From the NCBI RefSeq assembly GCF_009914755.1, contig NC_060937.1: a stretch of DNA of 64,000 nucleotides; one strand, written 5' to 3'. A program made the translations under genes and the position numbers. Under the pieces are notes generated by a model. It searched no databases and was not told the DNA's origin. It was given only the letters and a program-made list of their open reading frames with translations. This document shows positions 48,601-63,100 of this stretch, in pieces. This DNA is from the human T2T-CHM13v2.0 reference genome, Homo sapiens. Every line of letters starts with the position of its first letter. Within the stretch, counting starts at the first letter, position 1.

Positions 48601-50541
48601 TAGAAAAGTTCCCAAAGTATGTATTATATATATTATAAATATGTACATAAAATATGAAAGTACCCAACCATTTATAATAAACTCTACATAAAACACCAAA
48701 GTACCCAAACTGTGTATTATATACTGTCCATAAAATATCAAAGTACCCAAAATATATATTGTAAACTCTACATAAAATATCAAAGTAGCCAAAATACATA
48801 TTGTATACTGTACATAAAATATAAAAGTACCCCAAATATATATTATATACTGTACATAAAATATCAAAGTACCCATAATACATATTATATACTGTACATA
48901 AAATATCAAAGGACCCAAAATAAACATTATATACTGTACATAAAATATCCAAATACTCAAAATATATATTACATACTGTACATAAAATATCAAAGTACCC
49001 AAATTATGTATTATATACTGTACGTAAAATATCAGAGTACCCAAAATATGCATTATATACTGTACATAAAATATGAAAGTAACAAAACATTTATAATAAA
49101 CTGTACATAAAATATCAAAGTACTCAAACTATATATCATATACTGTACATAAAATATCAAAGTACCCAAACTGTGTATTATTATATACTGTATATAAAAT
49201 ATCAAAGTACCTGAAATATATATTGTATACTGTACATAAAATATCAATGTACCCAAAATATATACTATATACTGTACATAAAATATGAAGGTACATCAAA
49301 TATATATTATATCCTGTACATAAAATATCAAAGTACTCCTATTATATATTGTGTACTGTACATAATGTATTAAATCGCCCAAATATATATCGTATACTGT
49401 ATATAAAATATGAAGGTACCTCAAATATATATTATATGCTGCACATAAAATATCAAAGTACCCAAAGAATGCATTACATACTGTACATAAAATATCAAGG
49501 TACACAAATTATATATTATATACTGTACATAAAATATGTAGGTTCATCAAATATATTTTATATTCTGTACATAATATATCAAAGTACATCAAATATATAT
49601 TATATACGGTACATAAAATATCAAAGTACCCAAAATATGTATTATATACTGTACATAAAACATGAAAGTAACCAAACATTTATAATAAACTGTACATAAA
49701 TTATCAAAGTACTCAATCTACATATTATATACGGTATATAAAATATCAAAGTACACAAACTCTATATTATATACTGTACATAATATGTCAAAGTACCCAG
49801 AATATATAGCATACTGTACATACAATATCAAAGTACCCAGAATGTATATTGTATACTGTACATAAAATATGAAGGTACATCAAAGATATATTATATTCTG
49901 TACATAAAATATCAAAGTACACCAAATATATATTATATGCTGTACATAATATATTAAAGTTGCCCATGTATACATTTTATACTGTACATAAAATATGAAG
50001 GTACATCAAATATATAGTATATGCTGCACATAAAATATCAAAGTACCCAAAGTATGTATTATATACTGTACATAAAATATCAAAATACCAAAAGTATATA
50101 TTACCTACTGTAAATAAAATATGAAGATACCTCAAATATATATTATATTCTGTACATGAAATATCAAAGTACACCAAGTATATACTATATACTCTACATA
50201 AAATATTAAATTACCCAAAATATGTATTGTATTGTGTACATAAAATATGAAAATAACCAAACATTTATAATAAACTGTACATAAAATATCAAAGTACTCA
50301 AACTTTATATTATATACTGTACATAAAGTATCAAAGTACCCAAACTGTGTAGTATATACTGTACATAAAATATCAAGGTACCCAAAATGTATATTGTAAA
50401 CTGTAGATAAAATATCAAAGTACCCAAAATATATATTATATACTGTACATAAAATATGAAGGCACATCCAATATATATTATATTCTGTACATAAAATATC
50501 AAAGTACACCAAATGTATATTATATACTGTACATAAAATAT

Positions 50542-50835
50542 AAAACTACCCCAAATATATCTTATATACTCTACATAAAATATCTAAGTACCCAAAATAT
50601 ATATTATATACTGTACATAATATATCAAAGTACCCATAGTATGTATTATATCCTGTACATAAAATATGAAAGTACGTCAAATATATATTCTATTCTGCAC
50701 ATAAAATATCATATTGCACCAAATATATATTGTATACTGTATATAAAATATGAAGGTACTTCAAATATATATTATATGCTGCACATAAAATATCAAAGTA
50801 CCCAAAGTATGCATTATATACTGTACATAAAATAT
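50542..50835. repeat. 294-bp cassette, copy 4
   Basis: Same diagnostic monomers; landmark spacing 48411 to 51728 = 3317 = 3307 plus a 10-bp insertion. Confidence 0.88.
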
Positions 50836-53800
50836 CAAAGTACCCAAAGTGTATATTATATACTGTACATAAAATATGAAGGTTCATCAAATATATTTTA
50901 TATTCTGCACATAATATATCAAAGTACAGCAAATATATATTATATACTGTACATAAAATAACAAAGTAACAAAAATATGTATTATATACTGTACATAAAA
51001 TATGAAAGTAACCAAATATTTATAATAAACTGTATATAAAATATCAAAGAACTCAAACTACATATTATATACAGTATATAAAATATCAAAGTACCCAAAC
51101 TATATATTATATACTGTACATACTATATCAAAGTACCCGAATATATAGCATACTGTACATAAAATATCAAATTACCCAAAATATATATTGTATACTGTAC
51201 ATAAAATATGAAGGTACATCAAAGATATATTATATTCTGTACATAAAATATCAAAGTACACCAAATATATATTATATCCTGTACAGAATATATTAAAGTC
51301 GACCAAATGTATATTATATACTGTACATAAAATATGAAGGTACATCAAATATATATTATATGCTGCACATAAAATATCAAAGTACCCAAAGTATGTGTTA
51401 TATACTGTACATAAAATATCAAAGTACCCAAAGTATATATTATATACTGTACATAAAATATAAAATACCCCAAATATATATTATATGCTGTACATAAAAT
51501 ATCAAAGTACACAAAATATGCATTATGTACTGTACATAAATTATCAAAGGACCCAAAATATATATTATATAGTGTACATAAAATATCAAAATACCCAAAA
51601 TATATATTATATACTGTACATAAAATACCAAAGTACCCAAAGTATATATTATATACTGTATAAAAAATATCAAAGTAGCCAAAATATGTATTATACACTG
51701 TACATAATATATGAAAGTACCCAAACATTTATAATAAACTGTACATAAAATATCAATGTACTCAAACTATATATTATGTGCGGTACTTAAGATATCAAAG
51801 TACCCATACTATATAGTATGTACTGTACTTAAAATATCAAAATACCCAAAATATATATTATATACGTTACATAAACTATCAAATACACAAAGTATGTATT
51901 ACATACTGTACATAAAATAGCAAAGTTCCCAAAATATGTATTATATACTGTACATAAAATATGAAAGTACCCAACCATTTATAATAAACTCTACATAAAA
52001 TACCAAAGTACCCAAACTGTGTATTATATACTCTCCATAAAATATCAAAGTACCCAAAATATATATTGTCAACTGTACATGAAATATCAAAGTAGCCAAA
52101 ATATATATAGTATACCGTACATAAAATATAAAAGTACCCCAAATATGTATTATATACTGTACATAAAATATCAAAGTACCGATAATACATATTATATAGT
52201 GTACATAAAATATCAGAGGACCCAAAATAAACATTATATACTGTACATAAAATATCCAAATACTCAAAATATATATTACATACTATACATAAAATATCAA
52301 AGTACCCAAATTATGTATTATATACTGTACATAAAATATCAGAGTACCCAAAATATGCATTATATACTGTACATAAAATATGAAAGTAACAAAACATTTA
52401 TAATAAACTGTACATAAAATATCAAAGTACTCAAACTATATATCATATACTGTACATAAAATATCAAAGTACCCAAACTGTGTATTATTATATACTGTAT
52501 ATAAAATATCAAAATACCTGAAATATATACTGTATACTGTACATAAAATATCAAAGTACCCAAAATATATACTGTATACTGTACATAAAATATGAAGGTA
52601 CATCAAATATATATTGTATCCTGTACATAAAATATCAAAGTACACCTATTATATATTGTGTACTGTACATAATATATTAAATCGCCCAAATATATATTGT
52701 ATACTGTATATAAAATATGAAGGTACTTCAAATATATATTATATGCTGCACATAAAATATCAAAGTACCCAAAGTATGCATTACATACTGTACATAAAAT
52801 ATCAAAGTACCCAAAGTGTATATTATATACTGTACATAAAATATGAAGGTTCATCAAATATATTTTATATTCTGCACAAAATATATCAAAGTACAGCAAA
52901 TATATATTATATACTGTACATAAAATAACAAAGTACCAAAAACATGTATTATATACTGTACATAAAATATGAAAGTAACCAAATATTTATGATAAACTGT
53001 ATATGAAATATCAAAGTACTCAAACTACATATTATATACAGTATATAAAATATCAAAGTACCCAAACTGTATATTATATACTGTACATACTATATCAAAG
53101 TACCCGAATATATAGCATACTGTACATAAAATATCAAAGTACCCAAAATATATATTGTATACTGTACACAAAATATGAAGGTACATCTAAGATATATTAT
53201 ATTCTGTACATAAAATATCAAATTACACCAAATATATATTATATGCTGTACATAATATATTAAAGTCGACCAAATATATATTATATACTGTACATAAAAT
53301 ATGAAGATACATCAAATATATATTATATGCTGCACATAAAATATCAAAGTACCCAAAGTATGTATTATACACTGTACATAAAATATCAAAGTACCAAAAG
53401 TATATATTACATACTGTAAATAAAATATGAAGGTACCTCAAATATATATTATATTCTGTACATAAAATATCAAAGTACACCAAGTATATACTATATACTC
53501 TGCATAAAATATTAAATTACCCAAAATATGTATTGTATTGTGTACATAAAATATGAAAGTAACCAAACATTTATAATAAACTGTACATAAAATATCAAAG
53601 TACTCAAACTGTATATTATATACTGTACATAAAATATCAAAGTACCCAAACTGTGTAGTATATACTGTACATAAATTATCAAGGTACCCAAAATATATAT
53701 TGTAAACTGTAGATAAAATATCAAAATACCCAAACTATATATTATATACTGTACATAAAATATGAAGGCACATCAAATATATATTATATTCTGTACATAA

Positions 53801-56800
53801 AATATCAAAATACACCAAATGTATATTATATACTGTACATAAAATATCAAAGTACCCAAAGTGTATATTATATACTGTACATAAAATATGAAGGTTCATC
53901 AAATATATTTTATATTCTGCACATAATATATCAAAGTACAGCAAATATATATTATATACTGTACATAAAATATCAAAGTACCCAAAATATGTATTATATA
54001 CTGTACATAAAATATGAAAGTAACCAAACATTTATAATAAACTGTACATAAAGTAACAAAGTACTCAAACTACATATTATATACAGTATATAAAATGTCA
54101 AAGTACCCAAACTGTATATTATATACTGTACATAATATATCAAAGTACCCGAATATATAGCATACTGTACATAAAATATCAAAGTACCCAAAGTGTGTAT
54201 TATACACTGCACATAAAATATGAAGGTACATAAAATATATATTGTATTCTGTACATAAAATATCAAAGTACTCCAAATATATATTATATGCTGTACATAA
54301 TATATTAAAGTCGCCCAAATATATATTATATACTGTACATAAAATATGAAGGTACATCAAATATATATTATATGCTGCACATAAAATATCAAAGTACCCA
54401 AAGTATGTGTTATATACTGTACATAAAATATCAAAGTACCCAAAGTATATATTATATACTGTACATAAAATATAAAATACCCCAAATATATATTATATGC
54501 TCTACATAAAATATCAAAGTACACAAAATATGTATTATATACTGTACATAAAATACCAAAGGACCCAAAATATATATTATATACTGTACATAAAATATCA
54601 AAATACCCAAAATATATATTATATACTGTACATAAAATACCAAAGTACCCAAAGTATATATTATATACCGTACAAAAAATATCAAAGTAGCCAAAATATG
54701 TATTATACACTGTACATAATATATGAAAGTACCCAAACATTTATAATAAACTGTACATAAAATATCAATGTACTCAAACTATATATTATGTGCGCTACAT
54801 AAGATATCAAAGTACCCATACTATATAGTATATACTGTACTTAAAATATCAAAATACCCAAAATATATATTATATACGTTACATAAACTATCAAATACAC
54901 AAAGTATGTATTATATACTGTACATAAAATAGCAAAGTTCCCAAAATATGTATTATATACTGTACATAAAATATGAAAGTACCCAACCATTTATAATAAA
55001 GTCTACATAAAATACCAAAGTACCCAAACTGTGTATTATATACTGTCCATAAAATATCAAAGGACCCAAAATATATATCGTAAACTCTACATAAAATATC
55101 AAAGTAGCCAAAATACATATTGTATACTGTACATAAAATATAAAAGTACCCCAAATATATATTATATACTGTACATAAAATATCAAAGTACCCATAATAC
55201 ATATTATATACTGTACATAAAATATCAAAGGACCCAAAATAAACATTATATACTGTACATAAAATATCCAAATACTCAAAATATATATTACATACTGTAC
55301 ATAAAATATCAAAGTACCCAAATTATGTATTATATACTGTACGTAAAATATCAGAGTACCCAAAATATGCATTATATACTGTACATAAAATATGAAAGTA
55401 ACAAAACATTTATAATAAACTGTACATAAAATATCAAAGTACTCAAACTATATATCATATACTGTACATAAAATATCAAAGTACCCAAACTGTGTATTAT
55501 TACATACTGTATATAAAATATCAAAGTACCTGAAATATATATTTTATACTGTACATAAAATATCAAAGTACCCAAAATATATACTATATACTGTACATAA
55601 AATATGAAGGTACATCAAATATATATTATATCCTGTACATAAAATATCAAAGTACTCCTATTATATATTGTGTACTGTACATAATATATTAAATCGCCCA
55701 AATATATATTGTATACTGTATATAAAATATGAAGGTACTTCAAATATATATTATATGCTGCACATAAAATATCAAAGTACCCAAAGTATGCATTACATAC
55801 TGTACATAAAATATCAAAGTACACAAATTATATATTACATTCTGTACATAATATATGTAGGTTCATCAAATATATTTTATATTCTGTACATAATATATCA
55901 AAGTACATCAAATATATATTATATACGGTACATAAAATATCAAAGTACCCAAAATATGTACTATTTACTGTACATAAAATATGAAAGTAACCAAACATTT
56001 ATAATAAACTGTACATAAAATATCAAAGTACTCAATCTACATATTATATACAGTATATAAAATATCAAAGTACACAAACTGTATATTATATACTGTACAT
56101 AATATATCAAAGTACCCAGAATATATAGCATACTGTACATACAATATCAAAGTACCCAGAATGTATATTGTATACTGTACATAAAATATGAAGGTACATC
56201 AAAGATATATTATATTCTGTACATAAAATATCAAAGTACACCAAATATATATTATATGCTGTACATAATATATTAAAGTTGCCCATGTATACATTTTATA
56301 CTGTACATAAAATATGAAGGTACATCAAATATATAGTATATGCTGCACATAAAATATCAAAGTACCCAAAGTATGTATTATATACTGTACATAAAATATC
56401 AAAGTACCAAAAGTATATATTACCTACTGTAAATAAAATATGAAGATACCTCAAATATATATTATATTCTGTACATGAAATATCAAAGTACACCAAGTAT
56501 ATACTATATACTCTACATAAAATATTAAATTACCCAAAATATGTATTGTATTGTGTACATAAAATATGAAAGTAACCAAACATTTATAATAAACTGTACA
56601 TAAAATATCAAAGTACTCAAACTTTATATTATATACTGTACATAAAGTATCAAAGTACCCAAACTGTGTAGTATATACTGTACATAAAATATCAAGGTAC
56701 CCAAAATGTATATTGTAAACTGTAGATAAAATATCAAAGTACCCAAAATATATATTATATACTGTACATAAAATATGAAGGCACATCCAATATATATTAT

Positions 56801-56860
56801 ATTCTGTACATAAAATATCAAAGTACACCAAATGTATATTATATACTGTACATAAAATAT

Positions 56861-57154
56861 AAAACTACCCCAAATATATCTTATATACTCTACATAAAAT
56901 ATCAAAGTACCCAAAATATATATTATATACTGTACATAATATATCAAAGTACCCATAGTATGTATTATATCCTGTACATAAAATATGAAAGTACGTCAAA
57001 TATATATTCTATTCTGCACATAAAATATCATATTGCACCAAATATATATTGTATACTGTATATAAAATATGAAGGTACTTCAAATATATATTATATGCTG
57101 CACATAAAATATCAAAGTACCCAAAGTATGCATTATATACTGTACATAAAATAT
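56861..57154. repeat. 294-bp cassette, copy 5
   Basis: Same diagnostic monomers; landmark spacing 54740 to 58047 = 3307. Confidence 0.88.
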
Positions 57155-60100
57155 CAAAGTACCCAAAGTGTATATTATATACTGTACATAAAATATGAAG
57201 GTTCATCAAATATATTTTATATTCTGCACATAATATATCAAAGTACAGCAAATATATATTATATACTGTACATAAAATAACAAAGTAACAAAAATATGTA
57301 TTATATACTGTACATAAAATATGAAAGTAACCAAATATTTATAATAAACTGTATATAAAATATCAAAGTACTCAAACTACATATTATATACAGTATATAA
57401 AATATCAAAGTACCCAAACTATATATTATATACTGTACATACTATATCAAAGTACCCGAATATATAGCATACTGTACATAAAATATCAAATTACCCAAAA
57501 TATGTATTGTATACTGTACATAAAATATGAAGGTACATCAAAGATATATTATATTCTGTACATAAAATATCAAAGTACACCAAATATATATTATATGCTG
57601 TACAGAATATATTAAACTCGACCAAATGTATATTATATACTGTACATAAAATATGAAGGTACATCAAATATATATTATATGCTGCACATAAAATATCAAA
57701 GTACCCAAAGTATGTGTTATATACTGTACATAAAATATCAAAGTACCCAAAGTATATATTATATACTGTACATAAAATATAAAATACCCCAAATATATAT
57801 TATATGCTGTACATAAAATATCAAAGTACACAAAATATGCATTATGTACTGTACATAAATTATCAAAGGACCCAAAATATATATTATATAATGTACATAA
57901 AATATCAAAATACCCAAAATATATATTATATACTGTACATAAAATACCAAAGTACCCAAAGTATATATTATCTACTGTATAAAAAATATCAAAGTAGCCA
58001 AAATATGTATTATACACTGTACATAAAACATGAAAGTAACCAAACATTTATAATAAACTGTACATAAAATATCAAAGTACTCAATCTACATATTATATAC
58101 AGTATATAAAATATCAAAGTACACAAACTGTATATTATATACTGTACATAATATATCAAAGTACCCAGAATATATAGCATACTGTACTTAAAATATCAAA
58201 GTACCCAAAATATATATTGTATACTGTACATAAAATATGAAGGTACATCAAAGATATATTATATTCTGTACATAAAATATCAAAGTACACCAAATATATA
58301 TTATATGCTGTACATAATATATTAAAGTTGCCCATATATACATTATATACTGTACATAAAATATGAACGTACATCAAATATATAGTATATGCTGCACATA
58401 AAATATCAAAGTACCCAAAGTATGTATTATACACTGTACATAAAATATCAAAGTACCAAAAGTATATATTACATACTGTAAATAAAATATGAAGGTACCT
58501 CAAATATATATTATATTCTGTACATAAAATATCAAAGTACACCAAGTATATACTATATACTCTGCATAAAATATTAAATTACCCAAAATATGTATTGCAT
58601 TGTGTACATAAAATATGAAAGTAACCAAACATTTATAATAAACTGTACATAAAATATCAAAGTACTCAAACTGTATATTACATACTGTACATAAAGTATC
58701 AAAGTACCCAAACTGTGTAGTATATACTGTACATAAAATATCAAGGTACCCAAAATATATATTGTAAACTGTAGATAAAATATCAAAGTACCCAAAATAT
58801 ATATTATATACTGTACATAAAATATGAAGGCACATCCAATATATATTATATTCTGTACATAAAATATCAAAGTACACCAAATGTATATTATATACTGTAC
58901 ATAAAATATCAAAGTACCCAAAGTGTATATTATATACTGTACATAAACTATGAAGGTTCATCAAATATATTTTATATTCTGCACATAATATATCAAAGTA
59001 CAGCAAATATATATTATATACTGTACATAAAATATCAAAGTACCCAAAATATGTATTATATACTGTACATAAAATATGAAAGTAACCAAACATTTATAAT
59101 AAACTGTACATAAAGTATCAAAGTACTCAAACTACATATTATATACAGTATATAAAATGTCAAAGTACCCAAACTGTATATTATATACTGTACATAATAT
59201 ATCAAAGTACCCGAATATATAGCATACTGTACATAAAATATCAAAGTACCCAAAGTGTGTATTATACACTGCACATAAAATATGAAGGTACATAAAATAT
59301 ATATTGTATTCTGTACATAAAATATCAAAGTACTCCAAATATATATTATATGCTGTACATAATATATTAAAGTCGCCCAAATATATATTATATACTGTGC
59401 ATAAAATATGAAGGTACATCAAATATATATTATATGCTGCACATAAAATATCAAAGTACCCAAAGTATGTGTTATATACTGTACATAAAATATCAAAGTA
59501 CCCAAAGTATATATTATATACTGTACATAAAATATAAAATACCCCAAATATATATTATATGCTGTACATAAAATACCAAAGTACACAAAATATGTATTAT
59601 ATACTGTACATAAAATACCAAAGGACCCAAAATATATATTATATACTGTACATAAAATATCAAAATACCCAAAATATATATTATATACTGTACATAAAAT
59701 ACCAAAGTACCCAAAGTATATATTATATACCGTACAAAAAATATCAAAGTAGCCAAAATATGTATTATACACTGTACATAATATATGAAAGTACCCAAAC
59801 ATTTATAATAAACTGTACATAAAATATCAATGTACTCAAACTATATATTATGTGCGGTACATAAGATATCAAAGTACCCATACTATATAGTATATACTGT
59901 ACTTAAAATATCAAAATACCCAAAATATATATTATATACGTTACATAAACTATCAAATACACAAAGTATGTATTATATACTGTACATAAAATAGCAAAGT
60001 TCCCAAAATATGTATTATATATATTATAAATATGTACATAAAATATGAAAGTACCCAACCATTTATAATAAACTCTACATAAAACACCAAAGTACCCAAA

Positions 60101-63100
60101 CTGTGTATTATATACTGTCCATAAAATATCAAAGTACCCAAAATATATATTGTAAACTCTACATAAAATATCAAAGTAGCCAAAATACATATTGTATACT
60201 GTACATAAAATATAAAAGTACCCCAAATATATATTATATACTGTACATAAAATATCAAAGTACCCATAATACATATTATATACTGTACATAAAATATCAA
60301 AGGACCCAAAATAAACATTATATACTGTACATAAAATATCCAAATACTCAAAATATATATTACATACTGTACATAAAATATCAAAGTACCTAAATTATGT
60401 ATTATATACTGTACGTAAAATATCAGAGTACCCAAAATATGCATTATATACTGTACATAAAATATGAAAGTAACAAAACATTTATAATAAACTGTACATA
60501 AAATATCAAAGTACTCAAACTATATATCATATACTGTACATAAAATATCAAAGTACCCAAACTGTGTATTATTATATACTGTATATAAAATATCAAAGTA
60601 CCTGAAATATATATTGTATACTGTACATAAAATATCAAAGTACACAAAATATATACTATATACTGTACATAAAATATGAAGGTACATCAAATATATATTA
60701 TATCCTGTACATAAAATATCAAAGTACACCTATTATATATTGTTTACTGTACATAATATATTAAATCGCCCAAATATATATTGTATACTGTATATAAAAT
60801 ATGAAGGTACTTCAAATATATATTATATGCTGCACATAAAATATCAAAGTACACAAGGTATGCATTACATACTGTACATAAAATATCAAAGTACACAAAT
60901 TATATATTATATACTGTACATAAAATATGTAGGTTCATCAAATATATTTTATATTCTGTACATAATATATCAAAGTACATCAAATATATATTATATACGG
61001 TACATAAAATATCAAATTACCCAAAATATGCATTATTTACTGTACATAAAATATGAAAGTAACCAAACATTTATAATAAACTGTACATAAATTATCAAAG
61101 TACTCAATCTACATATTATATACAGTATATAAAATATCAAAGTACACAAACTGTATATTATATACTGTACATAATATGTCAAAGTACCCAGAATATATAG
61201 CATACTGTACATACAATATCAAAGTACCCAGAATGTATATTGTATACTGTACATAAAATATGAAGGTACATCAAAGATATATTATATTCTGTACATAAAA
61301 TATCAAAGTACACCAAATATATATTATATGCTGTACATAATATATTAAAGTTGCCCATGTATACATTTTATACTGTACATAAAATATGAAGGTACATCAA
61401 ATATATACTATATGCTGCACATAAAATATCAAAGTATCCAAAGTATGTATTATATACTGTACATAAAATATCAAAATACCAAAAGTATATATTACCTACT
61501 GTAAATAAAATATGAAGGTACCTCAAATATATATTATATTCTGTACATGAAATATCAAAGTACACCAAGTATATACTATATACTCTACATAAAATATTAA
61601 ATTACCCAAAATATGTATTGTATTGTGTACATAAATTATGAAAGTAACCAAACATTTATAATAAACTGTACATAAAATATCAAAGTACTCAAACTGTATA
61701 TTATATACTGTACATAAAGTATCAAAGTACCCAAACTGTGTAGTATATACTGTACATAAAATATCAAGGTACCCAAAATATATATTGTAAACTGTAGATA
61801 AAATATCAAAATACCCAAACTATATATTATATACTGTACATAAAATATGAAGGCACATCAAATATATATTATATTCTGTACATGAAATATCAAAGTACAC
61901 CAAATGTATATTACATACTGTACATAAAATATCAAAGTACCCAAAGTGTATATTATATACTGTACATAAAATATGAAGGTTCATCAAATATATTTTATAT
62001 TCTGCACATAATATATCAAAGTACAGCGAATATATACTATATACTGTACATAAAATATCAAAGTACCCAAAATATGTATTATATACTGTACATAAAATAT
62101 GAAAGTAACCAAACATTTATAATAAACTGTACATAAAGTAACAAAGTACTCAAACTACATATTATATACAGTATATAAAATGTCAAAGTATCCAAACTGT
62201 ATATTATATACTGTACATAATATATCAAACTACCCGAATATATAGCATACTGTACATAAAATATCAAAGTACCCAAAGTGTGTATTATACACTGCACATA
62301 AAATATGAAGGTACATAAAATATATATTGTATTCTGTACATAAAATATCAAAGTACTCCAAATATATATTATATGCTGTACATAATATATTAAAGTCGCC
62401 CAAATATATATTATATACTGTACATAAAATATGAAGGTACATCAAATATATATTATATGCTGCACATAAAATATCAAAGTACCCAAAGTATGTGTTCTAT
62501 ACTGTACATAAAATATCAAAGTACCCAAAGTATATATTATATACTGTACATAAAATATAAAATACCCCAAATATATATTATATGCTGTACATAAAATATG
62601 AAAGTACACAAAATATGTATTATATACTGTACATAAAATACCAAAGGACCCAAAATATATATTATATACTGTACATAAAATATCAAAATACCCAAAATAT
62701 ATATTATATACTGTACATAAAATACCAAAGTACCCAAAGTATATATTATATACCGTACAAAAAATATCAAAGTAGCCAAAATATGTATTATACACTGTAC
62801 ATAATATATGAAAGTACCCAAACATTTATAATAAACTGTACATAAAATATCAATGTACTCAAACTATGTATTATGTGCGGTACATAACATATCAAAGTAC
62901 CCATACTATATAGTATGTACTGTACTTAAAATATCAAAATACCCAAAATATATATTATATACTGTACATAAAATATGAAGGCACATCCAATATATATTAT
63001 ATTCTGTACATAAAATATCAAAGTACACCAAATGTATATTATATACTGTACATAAAATATCAAAGTACCCAAAGTGTATATTATATACTGTACATAAAAT

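Larger units (their letters stand above)
44650..58020. repeat. Alternating ~3012/~3307-bp units forming a ~6.32-6.33-kb dimeric higher-order repeat
   Basis: Landmarks 45399, 51728 and 58047 are 6329 and 6319 apart. Units at ~45.0-46.0 kb and ~51.3-52.3 kb share private variants (GCGGTACTTAA, ACTCTCCATA, GTCAACTGTACATGAAA, TAGTATACCGTAC). Confidence 0.78.
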
